A stretch of 64,000 bases of DNA from an uncultured Gammaproteobacteria bacterium. GTDB lineage: Bacteria; Patescibacteriota; Microgenomatia; Levybacterales; GWA1-39-11. The stretch lies in assembly GCA_964406795.1 (NCBI GenBank), contig CAYOTA010000002.1, positions 81,549 to 145,548 of the forward strand, read 5' to 3'. Under the pieces are notes generated by a model, which had not been told where the DNA came from, did not search any database, and saw only the letters and a program-made list of their open reading frames with translations. Of the stretch, positions 47,421-57,126 are shown one piece after another (within the stretch, counting starts at the first letter, position 1; every line of letters starts with the position of its first letter). Made by a program: the position numbers and the translations under genes.

Positions 47421-48824
47421 TTAGTGACCTGGAGTTGAGTCTTCTATGGCGTTATCTTTGATTACCTGCATTAACTCATCACGTTTTTCTTCCATAGTGG
47501 CTTTATCAAATGATTCTACATTGAGTCTAAGTAACGGTTCTGTGTTGGAAGTGCGCACTGAAAAACGCCATTCCGGGTAGGTAATTGCTATTCCATCCAT
47601 AGTCTCTAACTCTCCATCTTTATATTTTTCCTTAATTGCTGCTAAAATTTCAGGAGCGTTTGTTACCTTAAAGTTAAATTCTCCTGATTCGTAACTTCTG
47701 TGGAGCTCAGCTAACACCTCAGATAATGGTTTGTTTTCCTCTGTAAGCACTTTCAAAACAGCAATAAGAACTGAAACCTGGGATTCTGCATTTCCTGTAG
47801 ACTTAAAATAAAAATGGCCAGATGACTCACCTGCAAAAATTCCGCCTGTTTTATTTAACATTTCAGTAATAAATGCGTGGCCTACTTTAGTTACTTCATA
47901 TTTTCCTCCAAATTCCTCAACTATCTTTTTAGAACCCAAAATATATCTAATGTCAAATAGTATTGTAGAACCAGGCATTTCCTTGAGTAACTCGCGTGCA
48001 ACTAGTGCCGTTATGATAGTGGCCGGGACAATCTGCCCTTTTTCATCTACAAAATATAACCTGTCTCCGTCCCCGTCAGGTGCGATTCCAAAATCAGCGT
48101 GTGTTTCAAGCACCTTTGCCTGCAAATCTTTTAAGTTATCAAAATTAAGTGGGTCAGGCTGATGAGCCGGGAAACTTCCATCTAACTCAAAATTCATTTT
48201 AACTAAATCTGCAGGAACTTTATTAAATAACGCTTGAATATAGGTGCTGCCCATAGCATTTGCTGGATCCGCTACTACCTTAAACTTTTTTATCTCAGGA
48301 TGTTTAAATAGTTCTAGTGCATTCTCTACTTCATCTTCCAAAACGCCAGTTTTTTCTTCAATTTTACCCTGATATTTTGGCTCAAAGGAGACTCCCGCTA
48401 TAGACATTTCGGAAATCTCTTCCATCCCTGTAGACTTTCCAATTTTATTCAAGCCTGAAGGTGTGTTTATAACAAACTTAATACCATTCCATTCCGGTGG
48501 GTTGTGAGACGCGGTGATTTGGATTCCGCAATCATATCCATATTTAGAAACGGCAAAATAAAATGTAGGAGTAGAAGTTTTTCCAATATCGACTACATGT
48601 GCACCCATTTCAATAAGAGTCTTTTTAGTAACATTATATAAACTTTCGCCTGAAAGTCTCATGTCATAACTGAGACACACGGTCAACTGTCTGTCTACAT
48701 TAATTTTATCAGTGAAAAATTTGAAGATTGCTCGAACCACTTCAACCATTGTCTCCTCGTTAAGATCTGTGGGATATATGCCGCGGATGTCGTAACTTTT
48801 AAAAATGCCTGGTGAAATCGTCAT
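47421..48824 (-). CDS. phosphoglucomutase/phosphomannomutase (alpha-D-phosphohexomutase family)
   Basis: Active-site TASHNPPEWNGIKF (phosphoserine loop), metal-binding DGDGDR, sugar-binding GESSGH; 467 aa. Confidence 0.85.
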   Translation of the reverse strand: MTISPGIFKSYDIRGIYPTDLNEETMVEVVRAIFKFFTDKINVDRQLTVCLSYDMRLSGESLYNVTKKTLIEMGAHVVDIGKTSTPTFYFAVSKYGYDCGIQITASHNPPEWNGIKFVINTPSGLNKIGKSTGMEEISEMSIAGVSFEPKYQGKIEEKTGVLEDEVENALELFKHPEIKKFKVVADPANAMGSTYIQALFNKVPADLVKMNFELDGSFPAHQPDPLNFDNLKDLQAKVLETHADFGIAPDGDGDRLYFVDEKGQIVPATIITALVARELLKEMPGSTILFDIRYILGSKKIVEEFGGKYEVTKVGHAFITEMLNKTGGIFAGESSGHFYFKSTGNAESQVSVLIAVLKVLTEENKPLSEVLAELHRSYESGEFNFKVTNAPEILAAIKEKYKDGELETMDGIAITYPEWRFSVRTSNTEPLLRLNVESFDKATMEEKRDELMQVIKDNAIEDSTPGH

Positions 48825-48833
48825 TTGTAAGCT

Positions 48834-49517
48834 CTAGTGTAACTCTTGTATAAGTACCCTGTCAAGCTCACGCCGTAGTGGCAAAACCAAACCGCCTGAT
48901 TTCATAGACACCTCTATGTCATATAAATGTAAGTAAAGTTTTTTTAAATCTTCTGCTTTCCAACGGCTTGCTTGATCCTGAAGTTTGGATAACTGCCACG
49001 GACTTATTTTAATAACCTCTTCGGATTGAATACTTAGCGATACATACAACAGTTGTCTTATGCGTTTAACTAGTGAATAAAATAATTGCTCAGCTTCAAT
49101 TCCTTCCATTTTTGATAATACATCCAGTTCTTGTTTGTAGTTTTTAGGTGTAATATTATCCAAAAAAGTAAAAAATAATTTTGGAAGCATGTATAGATAA
49201 ACCTGTGCCTCTCTAAACTTAGAAAGAGCCAGTTTTGAAAGCTCCGTGTTGTGCCACAAAACAACCACAACCTGCTTATCTTTTTTTTCAATTGAGGCAT
49301 GCAAAGCTTCCATATCAACCTTCTTAAGCTTTAAGAATTTTTCCACAACTACGCATTTTTCAACAACAAACAAATCTTGTGAGGTAAATGCCGACTCTAT
49401 ATCGCGTCCGCTTACCTTTTCACCATTTAAAACCACCGTATTTTTAAGGCTTTTTAAAAGCTCTTGTACTTTGTTTTGTGAAGACACTGTATCGTCTCCG
49501 TGTATTACGTGTAACAT
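48834..49517 (-). CDS. DNA polymerase III delta subunit-like (HolA-like)
   Basis: N-terminal LHVIHGDD, clamp-loader delta-like helical C-terminus (...LYLHLYDIEVSMKSG); 227 aa, shorter than typical HolA. Confidence 0.4.
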   Translation of the reverse strand: MLHVIHGDDTVSSQNKVQELLKSLKNTVVLNGEKVSGRDIESAFTSQDLFVVEKCVVVEKFLKLKKVDMEALHASIEKKDKQVVVVLWHNTELSKLALSKFREAQVYLYMLPKLFFTFLDNITPKNYKQELDVLSKMEGIEAEQLFYSLVKRIRQLLYVSLSIQSEEVIKISPWQLSKLQDQASRWKAEDLKKLYLHLYDIEVSMKSGGLVLPLRRELDRVLIQELH

Positions 49518-49978
49518 ATTATTTTTTTTGATTTCAGTTCGTTATAGAACCTATCTACCTCGCGTTGATATCCCCTGTGCCCATTTCGGTGCGGAAGCAG
49601 ACTTCCGGAAAAGTTTTTTGGTATATGAAGCAGTTCGTGAATAATTACTTTTGACTGCTCCTCATGAGGCAGCCTGTCATAATATTTAGAAATAACTTCT
49701 ATAACGTATGCCGGCTCTATGTCCAACACCGTTTGAAATATTTTAGGAAACGCCCAAGTTCTGGCATATGCCCGCGCTTTAGATCCGTGTGTCCTAAAAC
49801 AAAAAATCCGGTGTTTTGGAATGTGTGTAAATTCTAGGTCAACAATCATAGTTCTTACACGCTGTGTTAATTCGTAGTCTGTGTGCCACTCAAGCGTTTT
49901 TGGAGTTTTACTTTTAGTAGTACGTTTCTTTGCTACTCTTTTAACTTTCACAGTGGGTTTAAAAATACGGTCTAACAT
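49505..49978 (-). CDS. HExxH zinc-metallopeptidase-like protein (SprT/DUF45-like)
   Basis: VIIHELLHIPKNFSGSLLPH contains HExxH and a downstream His; basic N-terminus. Confidence 0.4.
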   Translation of the reverse strand: MLDRIFKPTVKVKRVAKKRTTKSKTPKTLEWHTDYELTQRVRTMIVDLEFTHIPKHRIFCFRTHGSKARAYARTWAFPKIFQTVLDIEPAYVIEVISKYYDRLPHEEQSKVIIHELLHIPKNFSGSLLPHRNGHRGYQREVDRFYNELKSKKIICYT

Positions 49979-50004
49979 AAGCGCTATTCACTCTATCATG
50001 GAAT

Positions 50005-51165
50005 CTATTCTATTCCAAGAATTGTTTTAAAATATAACCGTGCAAATGGGGAAATTGCTTTCTTACTAAATATGCTCTCCTGGGAAAATGATTGGGCTCC
50101 TAATACTTCTTGTTTTTCGTCTGAGGCAATACTTAACGGTGATGTGTTGACCACTGGGTCACCTTTTACTTTTTTCATTGCTACAAGCGTTTTGTAATAT
50201 AGCTTCTCCTCACCGTTTTGAAGTAGAGAAAATTGATCAAATGGACCACCTGCAGAATTGAGAAGAAAAGGAGTGATTGCCACAATCTTATCACGATCTT
50301 CATTCCAAATATCCCGTATTGTTTGCTTGTAGTATTCAGAAATGACGCTGTGCGGCAGTTTTAAGTCACTCCAACCTGTTTCTGTAATAAATACAGGGAT
50401 TTTGCGTGTAGAATTTTTATTAATCATTTCATACTCAAATCTGTAGGTGGCCACACTCACCTTTTTTGTTTCTGAAGGATATGCTGAAAATGCAGGATTA
50501 GGATACGAGTGAGATGAAAATCCGTCAATAGATGGTACTATTCGCGGATCTTTTAGTAACGCTTCCAAATAGGTAAACCCGCTGATATACTTTACGTAAT
50601 CATCCGGTGCTGCGGCATCCATCCCGGATAAAATTAAATAAAAACTTTGGTCACGAGTCTTAAACGCTTGGTTAGCATATGCCACAATATCAGCATATTC
50701 TGCTGGATTAGGAGCCTCTCCTCCCCATTCATCAGACCTATTTACCTCGTTATATAAAATGACATATTTATTTTTTGTAGGCCAGGAAAGAGAACTTAAG
50801 AAATTTGCAAAATCAACAATGTCATAATCTGTTGGCTTTCTCCATACATTTGTTTGTAACGGATGCGGTTCGGTGGCAAGACGCACAAGGGGAATAATTT
50901 TGAGCCTCTTACACTCGTCCATAAATTTTTGCCACTTTTCCAGGTCGCGATCTCCACTTTGAATTGGAATGGTGACATACCCCCACTCTCCGCCATTACT
51001 ATTTATGAGCTTTGAGGCTTGTTCCAACTCATCAGGGAACAATATGTGAACTCCTATTTCATTATTTGGTCTACTGAGAGGGTCTTCCACGGCATATGAA
51101 ACGCTTGTGCTAGCTAGAACAATCATACAAAATAAAACAATAGCAACTGACATCCACATTTTCAT
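50005..51165 (-). CDS. secreted glycoside hydrolase, clan GH-A (GH5-like) TIM-barrel
   Basis: Signal peptide; acid/base motif ILYNEVN and nucleophile motif FITETGW at spacing typical of GH5-type (beta/alpha)8 enzymes. Confidence 0.5.
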   Translation of the reverse strand: MKMWMSVAIVLFCMIVLASTSVSYAVEDPLSRPNNEIGVHILFPDELEQASKLINSNGGEWGYVTIPIQSGDRDLEKWQKFMDECKRLKIIPLVRLATEPHPLQTNVWRKPTDYDIVDFANFLSSLSWPTKNKYVILYNEVNRSDEWGGEAPNPAEYADIVAYANQAFKTRDQSFYLILSGMDAAAPDDYVKYISGFTYLEALLKDPRIVPSIDGFSSHSYPNPAFSAYPSETKKVSVATYRFEYEMINKNSTRKIPVFITETGWSDLKLPHSVISEYYKQTIRDIWNEDRDKIVAITPFLLNSAGGPFDQFSLLQNGEEKLYYKTLVAMKKVKGDPVVNTSPLSIASDEKQEVLGAQSFSQESIFSKKAISPFARLYFKTILGIE

Positions 51166-51220
51166 ACCTATATTATATCATTCCTATGAAGCGCTTAGCC
51201 TCGACTTTTTATTATAAGAA

Positions 51221-51529
51221 GTGTTAAAATATACCATGACAAAACATCAAAAGATTTTTTCAACCATGCTGGAGGAACATAAAGAATTTTTCGATAACTT
51301 TAAAGCACTTCATGATAAATATAAAGACGACCAGGATACGTATCAAGCTGAATATAATACTGAAGGTGAAAAAGCATTGGAAATTATCCGACGCTACGAA
51401 CAAAGTTTAGTTGCTAAATCCACTACCTCACAGTACGCTAAATTTTCAGGCAATCTATCTGATAAGTATTGGGAAACAGTCAGAAATTATCTTCCCATGA
51501 TAGATTTTGTAGGAGTATCATCATTATAA
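51221..51529 (+). CDS. hypothetical protein
   Basis: 102-aa helical ORF; no motif. Confidence 0.35.
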   Translation: MLKYTMTKHQKIFSTMLEEHKEFFDNFKALHDKYKDDQDTYQAEYNTEGEKALEIIRRYEQSLVAKSTTSQYAKFSGNLSDKYWETVRNYLPMIDFVGVSSL

Positions 51530-51633
51530 TAATCAAGCACCAATAACCAAACTAATTGGATAATTATTTAATTCAAAATTTTAAATTAGTTTGATGAATT
51601 GATAAATTGGAAAACTTGATAATTAAATAGAAT

Positions 51634-52122
51634 ATGCCAAAAATTACAACGGCTGAAAAGCTGGGAAAATTAAAAAGAATTCCTTTTACAAAACAAGGGC
51701 ATGCCGATTTGATTAAAAACCTAGAAGAACTTCAAGAGGCACGACCTGCTGCTGTTAAAGAACTCGCCCGCGCACGAGAGCTAGGTGATTTATCCGAGAA
51801 CGGACTCTATACTGCAGCCAAATCCCGCCTTGTGTCTATAGACAATCAAATTTTTAGAGCAGAAATGACACTAAAACTAGCTGATATTATTGAAGAATCT
51901 GAAGATTCAGGAATTCATATAGGCTCCAGCGTGAAAGTTAAAACGGAGGGCAATGAGTTTACTTATCACGTAGTTGGTGACACTGAAGCAAATCCCAAGG
52001 AATACAAAATAACCCAGCACTCCCCCATAGGACGAGCACTTTTAGGTAAAGTTAAAGGAAATAAAGTAACAGTAACGCTGCCCGCTGGAGACAAGATATT
52101 TGAAATTATAGAAGTATCATAA
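51634..52122 (+). CDS. greA: transcription elongation factor GreA
   Basis: N-terminal coiled coil with ARARELGDLSENGLYTAAK, C-terminal FKBP-like domain HSPIGRALLGKVKGNKVTVTLPAG; 162 aa. Confidence 0.8.
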   Translation: MPKITTAEKLGKLKRIPFTKQGHADLIKNLEELQEARPAAVKELARARELGDLSENGLYTAAKSRLVSIDNQIFRAEMTLKLADIIEESEDSGIHIGSSVKVKTEGNEFTYHVVGDTEANPKEYKITQHSPIGRALLGKVKGNKVTVTLPAGDKIFEIIEVS

Positions 52123-53682
52123 CTTCCAGAAAAACGGCTCATTTTTTTTATTTATAATTTTCCATCCCCATGTCCCTATATCTAGGTAATCTATCCGTTC
52201 CTTATGTACAGTATTTTCAAAACCATTCAAGTGTTTATAAGTGTAGTCACGATCAAAATTTAGCTTTGAAACAGGATTAATTTTATACAAAAAGATTCGG
52301 GGATTTTTGCTCGATCTAATAACACTACTAGAATATTTTTCAAATAAAGGTTTTACTTTAGAATTTCCTATTTTTCCTAAAGACAATACATGCAAATGAT
52401 TTCCGTCATACGAATAATACGGATTAAACAGCGCTTGAGAATCTATATAGACGTTCCTTCCTTGACTCAAGGCTAAATCAATCTTATATTCTATAAATTC
52501 CAGGCTTTGTCCGGGTTCATTTATAAAATATTTCTCACCACTAAATACTACCTGAGGGCGAATTAAATTTGAACTTATTAGCACTGAATTTTGAGGTATA
52601 GTACTGTATATCTTTACGAGTTCTTGCTGAACGGGTGCAGATCTATTAGTAAGAGCTAACGGGATAAACATAATAATTAGCTGGAGTACAATAAGAATAT
52701 AAAATATTCGAGGCACCACGGACACTAACAACGCAAGTGGAAAAGACGCAATCAGGGCAACACGACCAAATAGTCCTATATGCCAATATTGCGTGACAAA
52801 CACTGTAGGTAAAAACCATAGTATCAAAATCAGTAATTTCGTTTTATCCTTTTTAAATAAAAGAATCGACCCAATTACAGCCGACAAAACAACAAGCGTA
52901 GAATTATTTCTTAAAACTATTATTCCAAAATTCCTGATAAATCTTCCTAAATCATATAAAAGATTTCCGGTACCATAAATGTCTGCTCCATGCATAAACA
53001 AAAGCCGCATACTTTCAAAAGGCGTATTTCCAACCAACATCAAAAGAATAACTAAGAATATTACTCCAAGAGTACAGCCCAAAAAAAGAGATAAAATCAC
53101 TTTTTTTAAGACCTTAAATTTATTCTTTTTTTCAAGGATTACGGGCGTCAACAACACTGGGAGCCATAAAATAACTTGCGTGTGAGTAAATACAGAATAA
53201 CCTAACGATAGTATTCCAATACACAACCACTTCTTACTTTTTTCTTTAATATATCTAAGCAAGCTATAAAATGACAACAGATAAAAGAATATATATGTGG
53301 TGTCTGTTAGTACATTTGTGCTTGCTAAAAAGAACGCGGGAAAAAGTGTGACAACTATTAAAGATTTTATGGCTGAAGTTTTATTAAACAATAACTTTAC
53401 GATCTTATAGAAAACGAAAAGTGCCAATGCACCAAATATACTTGATACTACTTCTGCAGAATATACAACACCAAGAAATGGGAAAAGTCGAGTTAGTATC
53501 CATGTTGGCAAAATATAACCTGGGTGAATTGGTTCATGCGCCAGCGTTAACGCTTGGAGTAAATTTGGATTTTGAATCAAACGGACATATTCAGGCGAAT
53601 CAAAATAAATGGGAAGCGGGGATAAAAAGAATACGCGCTGTAAAAATAATATCAGTATCAAGCAAACATTTCCCACACTCAC
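52117..53682 (-). CDS. GT-C fold membrane glycosyltransferase (GT39/ArnT/PMT-like)
   Basis: ~11 TM helices, N-terminal first-loop acidic motif YFDSPEY, long periplasmic C-terminal domain; 521 aa. Confidence 0.45.
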   Translation of the reverse strand: MSVGNVCLILILFLQRVFFLSPLPIYFDSPEYVRLIQNPNLLQALTLAHEPIHPGYILPTWILTRLFPFLGVVYSAEVVSSIFGALALFVFYKIVKLLFNKTSAIKSLIVVTLFPAFFLASTNVLTDTTYIFFYLLSFYSLLRYIKEKSKKWLCIGILSLGYSVFTHTQVILWLPVLLTPVILEKKNKFKVLKKVILSLFLGCTLGVIFLVILLMLVGNTPFESMRLLFMHGADIYGTGNLLYDLGRFIRNFGIIVLRNNSTLVVLSAVIGSILLFKKDKTKLLILILWFLPTVFVTQYWHIGLFGRVALIASFPLALLVSVVPRIFYILIVLQLIIMFIPLALTNRSAPVQQELVKIYSTIPQNSVLISSNLIRPQVVFSGEKYFINEPGQSLEFIEYKIDLALSQGRNVYIDSQALFNPYYSYDGNHLHVLSLGKIGNSKVKPLFEKYSSSVIRSSKNPRIFLYKINPVSKLNFDRDYTYKHLNGFENTVHKERIDYLDIGTWGWKIINKKNEPFFWKL

Positions 53683-53723
53683 TTTATATCACAATACTTT
53701 TGAATATTGATATAATCAACAAA

Positions 53724-54290
53724 ATGAAAAGTAATATAAAATTACTAAGAACAATTGAAAAGTATGTAAAGGAAAAAACTCAGAACGAAGTGACGGGACA
53801 TAACTGGTTTCACGCAGATAGAGTACGAAACAATTCTATCTATATCGCAAAAAAGGAATTTAAAAAAGATGAGGTTAATTTATTTATACTTCAAGCAATA
53901 GCCCTCATGCATGACTTGGGAGATTGGAAGATTAATAATACCAAAAGATCTGAAGAACAAATCTTGAAAGAAGCATGCATGACGTTTAAGCCTCCTCAAG
54001 ACTCGAAAGAAATAATTATTAATACTATAACCCAACTTTCATTCAATGCAAATATTGAGCACAGAAATGAACTGTCGGTGGAAGGAAAAATTGTGCAAGA
54101 TGCTGACAGACTAGATGCTTTAGGAGCAATTGGCATTGCCCGCGCTTTTGCATTTGGAGGACAAAGAAACAGACAAATTTATAACCCAAGCATTAAACCT
54201 CAAACGCTCAGATCTATTAAGGATTACAAAAACACACAAAATCCCAGCATCAATCACTTTTATGAAAAGTTATTTTTATTAAATATTTAA
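53724..54290 (+). CDS. HD-domain phosphohydrolase
   Basis: HD motifs WFHADRV...ALMHDLGDWK...DADRLDALG; start moved to ATG 53724 (MKSNIKLL), preceded by TATAAT at 53709-53714, to avoid a 260-nt antisense overlap. Confidence 0.75.
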   Translation: MKSNIKLLRTIEKYVKEKTQNEVTGHNWFHADRVRNNSIYIAKKEFKKDEVNLFILQAIALMHDLGDWKINNTKRSEEQILKEACMTFKPPQDSKEIIINTITQLSFNANIEHRNELSVEGKIVQDADRLDALGAIGIARAFAFGGQRNRQIYNPSIKPQTLRSIKDYKNTQNPSINHFYEKLFLLNI

Positions 54291-54397
54291 TGAATACAAA
54301 AACAGGCAAAAAGATGGCCATCACCCGCGAAAAATTCATGAAAAAATATTTAGAGGGATTTTATAAAGAGTGGGACACTAAGAATAACTTATAAGTA

Positions 54398-55042
54398 TTA
54401 GCAAGCACCTGTGGGGATTTCGAAGTTTATAGATTCAAAACCAAGGGATGTTAAAAGAGCGGTTAATTGTTTTCGGCCATTATCTGATGCTTGCTGCAGT
54501 ATATTGGCGTCACACGCAGCTTGTCTTATAGACCCTTCTGCCGCTTTACGCACTTCTGATTCTAGCCCATCATTATCACTCAAAAGACCCTGACGTCTGT
54601 CATATACTTTTGTTTGCGTGTTATCCAGAGTGGCCACTAAAATTTGAGGAGCCGGCAGCTTAACCGTTACGTTTTTACCCTCAATTTTTATATCATCATC
54701 TGACACTTGAGACAAATCAAATCCTGCAATAACCTGCCCATGTGCAATCAGTAAAATTTTATCCCCAAACAAAAATTGCTGAAAGATATTTCCGCCTGTG
54801 GTTCCAGCATCAATTACTTTTTCAATAGTAAATACTGCGGTTTCAAGCCTGGACAATGACCTCATTTGCTTAACTACTGCAGTTCTCGAAGTATCTATGT
54901 TAACGCCAAATGGTGGAAAAAATCTATTGAGGAAAAATGATAGTACAAGCAAACACAAAAGAATCAAAAATATTCCAATACCAAATGAGATGACGCGTCT
55001 TTTAAACATATTTCTATTATACCACTTTAAATAAATTACCAA
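54398..55042 (-). CDS. DUF4230-like membrane-anchored protein
   Basis: N-terminal TM, region LSRLETAVFTIEKVIDAG reminiscent of DUF4230; 214 aa. Confidence 0.4.
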   Translation of the reverse strand: MVIYLKWYNRNMFKRRVISFGIGIFLILLCLLVLSFFLNRFFPPFGVNIDTSRTAVVKQMRSLSRLETAVFTIEKVIDAGTTGGNIFQQFLFGDKILLIAHGQVIAGFDLSQVSDDDIKIEGKNVTVKLPAPQILVATLDNTQTKVYDRRQGLLSDNDGLESEVRKAAEGSIRQAACDANILQQASDNGRKQLTALLTSLGFESINFEIPTGAC

Positions 55043-55097
55043 CTAAACGTTAACCATCTACGCATATGGCTTCACACACTGATGCTATAATGTACAC

Positions 55098-55523
55098 ATG
55101 AAACTTACAGCATCAAAGAATAAATCTAAAAAGGCTGCAGAATTCAGCAAGAAAGAATGGGAGCTAGAAGACTTAGAACACTTTGGAAAAGCCTCTGGGT
55201 GGAAAGAAGAAGGATTTTATATTCAGGCAATTGAAAAAAGTGAAGTTGTTGGACTAATTCACTATACGCTCAAGGGTGGAGTTATGGAAATTTCCTCACT
55301 TATTATTTCCAACAAGCATAGAGGTGAAGGAATTGGCACAAAACTTATTAAAAAGTTGGAAGAAATAGCTAAGAAAGAACATATTCACAAAATGTATTTA
55401 ATTACAGGAGATGGGTGGAAAGCAGAAGATTTTTATAAAAAAATGGGTTTTGAAAAAACAGGTGAACACAAAAATCACTATTTGAATAAAGACTGGATCA
55501 TCTACTCCAAATTCCTATTTTAA
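55098..55523 (+). CDS. GNAT acetyltransferase
   Basis: Motif A RGEGIGTKLIKKLEEIAKKE (Q/RxxGxG/A); 141 aa. Confidence 0.7.
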   Translation: MKLTASKNKSKKAAEFSKKEWELEDLEHFGKASGWKEEGFYIQAIEKSEVVGLIHYTLKGGVMEISSLIISNKHRGEGIGTKLIKKLEEIAKKEHIHKMYLITGDGWKAEDFYKKMGFEKTGEHKNHYLNKDWIIYSKFLF

Positions 55524-55706
55524 TTTTAGGTCATACGGATCTGGAATCATTTAGTCCCATAAACACTAACTTTCGAACAATCTCACACCGAGTCTTAAAG
55601 AGACAGTATAAAAAAGCGGCCTCTCACATTTTGTGTTCATATTTAAACATTTTTTGCTGTTAATAGTACAGCAACCTGAAAAATTACCTATAGCTAATGG
55701 GGAGAA

Positions 55707-56312
55707 CTACTTATACTCTGCCAAGCTTTCCGCGAGTTGGATTAACTGATCTTTGGTAAGTCTGCCAAATTCAGAGATTTCATAAAATTTAGAACCTTCC
55801 TGCCATTCAACAAAACTTTTCGGTACTGAAGAGTTAGCGGAATTTATAGTATCAGAATTTTCTCCTTCTTCGCCTGGGATGAGATAATATATACCAGAAT
55901 TGCCGTTGATGGTGATAGTTTCTGCATCGGGTGGAAATGTCATACTTTTACTCGATTGATAGGTCTTAAATAATACGTTATCGTTCTCAGAGTAGGTAAG
56001 ATAAAGGGCATCTGATTCATCAATTAGTGAGTTAGCATTTTTTACTCCTACTCGTATTTCTGATAGGGATTCCTTCCCTATTTTCACTGAAGGGACTTTG
56101 GGAGTATAGCTCAGTTGAGCTGCTGCATCTGCAAGTGAATTTTGTGACTGCAAAGGAATTGCACTCTCTGCACTCATCATTTCCTGAGTAGTATTAGTTT
56201 CAAGGCTAGTGTTAACTGTTGCTTGGTTACTCTTGGATAGGTTTGTTATGAGTAAACTGACAATTACTACGACCACAATGACAACTCCAAGAGTTACAAG
56301 TTTTTTATTCAT
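55707..56312 (-). CDS. membrane-anchored secreted protein, unknown function
   Basis: N-terminal TM (LVTLGVVIVVVVIVSLLI), Ser/Thr-rich linker, ~120-aa C-terminal domain. Confidence 0.45.
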   Translation of the reverse strand: MNKKLVTLGVVIVVVVIVSLLITNLSKSNQATVNTSLETNTTQEMMSAESAIPLQSQNSLADAAAQLSYTPKVPSVKIGKESLSEIRVGVKNANSLIDESDALYLTYSENDNVLFKTYQSSKSMTFPPDAETITINGNSGIYYLIPGEEGENSDTINSANSSVPKSFVEWQEGSKFYEISEFGRLTKDQLIQLAESLAEYK

Positions 56313-56379
56313 ATCTTATCCTTACTATAATACATGAAATGAGAAGAGAGGACAAGAGAACGTTATTTTATTTTTTTGT

Positions 56380-57126
56380 CTATCTTGCACCCGCATTCTC
56401 CAGAATTTCGACTATCTTTGTATACCCACGCTGCTTTGCATGGCTAATTGGCGTTATGCCATCCTTATCCGCACTATTAACATCTGCTCCTGCCTCAACC
56501 AGAAGCCGTACTATTTCCGTATGATCAGGACCTCCTTCGCCTAAAATGATCGCTTCAAGAAGAGCTGTCCAGCCAAGATTATTCACATGGTTTACATCGA
56601 CGTCAGTTCTGGTAAGGAGTTCCTTGACAATCTCAACATGTCCTCGATCTGCAGCAGGGATAAGTGCCGTTCCGCCATACCTATTGAGGAGCTTGGTATC
56701 AGCGTTTGCATCAATGGTAAGTTTGAGAATCTCCAAAAGTCCTTCCGCTCCAGCATACAGAAATGGATTATCCGCCATAGTATCTTGAATGTTAATATCT
56801 GCCCCCTCATTGATGAGAAGTCTGACCACATCGACTTTATTTGCGTGAGTAGCCGCCATGACAGGAGTACCCCCGCGAGCATCGCGTGAATTAATATCTT
56901 CTCCACTGCTCAAAATTCTTTGGATAGTTTTAATATCGCCAATCTCGGCAGCTTGGACAAGCTCTTCAGATTGATACATAGTTGGACGTGAACCGGTTAA
57001 ATTTTGCAAGCGGGTGATATTTTTTTTAGGTATAAAGTTAGAGAAATAATTTGGGAAGACAATATATAGTACTGCCAAAACAATAACTCCACTACTGATA
57101 ATCATTAGGGCATTTTTATTAATCAT
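56380..57126 (-). CDS. ankyrin-repeat protein with N-terminal TM anchor
   Basis: At least 5 ANK repeats (e.g. GGTPVMAATHANKVDVVRLLINEGADINIQD; GWTALLEAIILGEGG...EIVRLLVEAGADVNSAD); N-terminal hydrophobic helix. Confidence 0.8.
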   Translation of the reverse strand: MINKNALMIISSGVIVLAVLYIVFPNYFSNFIPKKNITRLQNLTGSRPTMYQSEELVQAAEIGDIKTIQRILSSGEDINSRDARGGTPVMAATHANKVDVVRLLINEGADINIQDTMADNPFLYAGAEGLLEILKLTIDANADTKLLNRYGGTALIPAADRGHVEIVKELLTRTDVDVNHVNNLGWTALLEAIILGEGGPDHTEIVRLLVEAGADVNSADKDGITPISHAKQRGYTKIVEILENAGAR

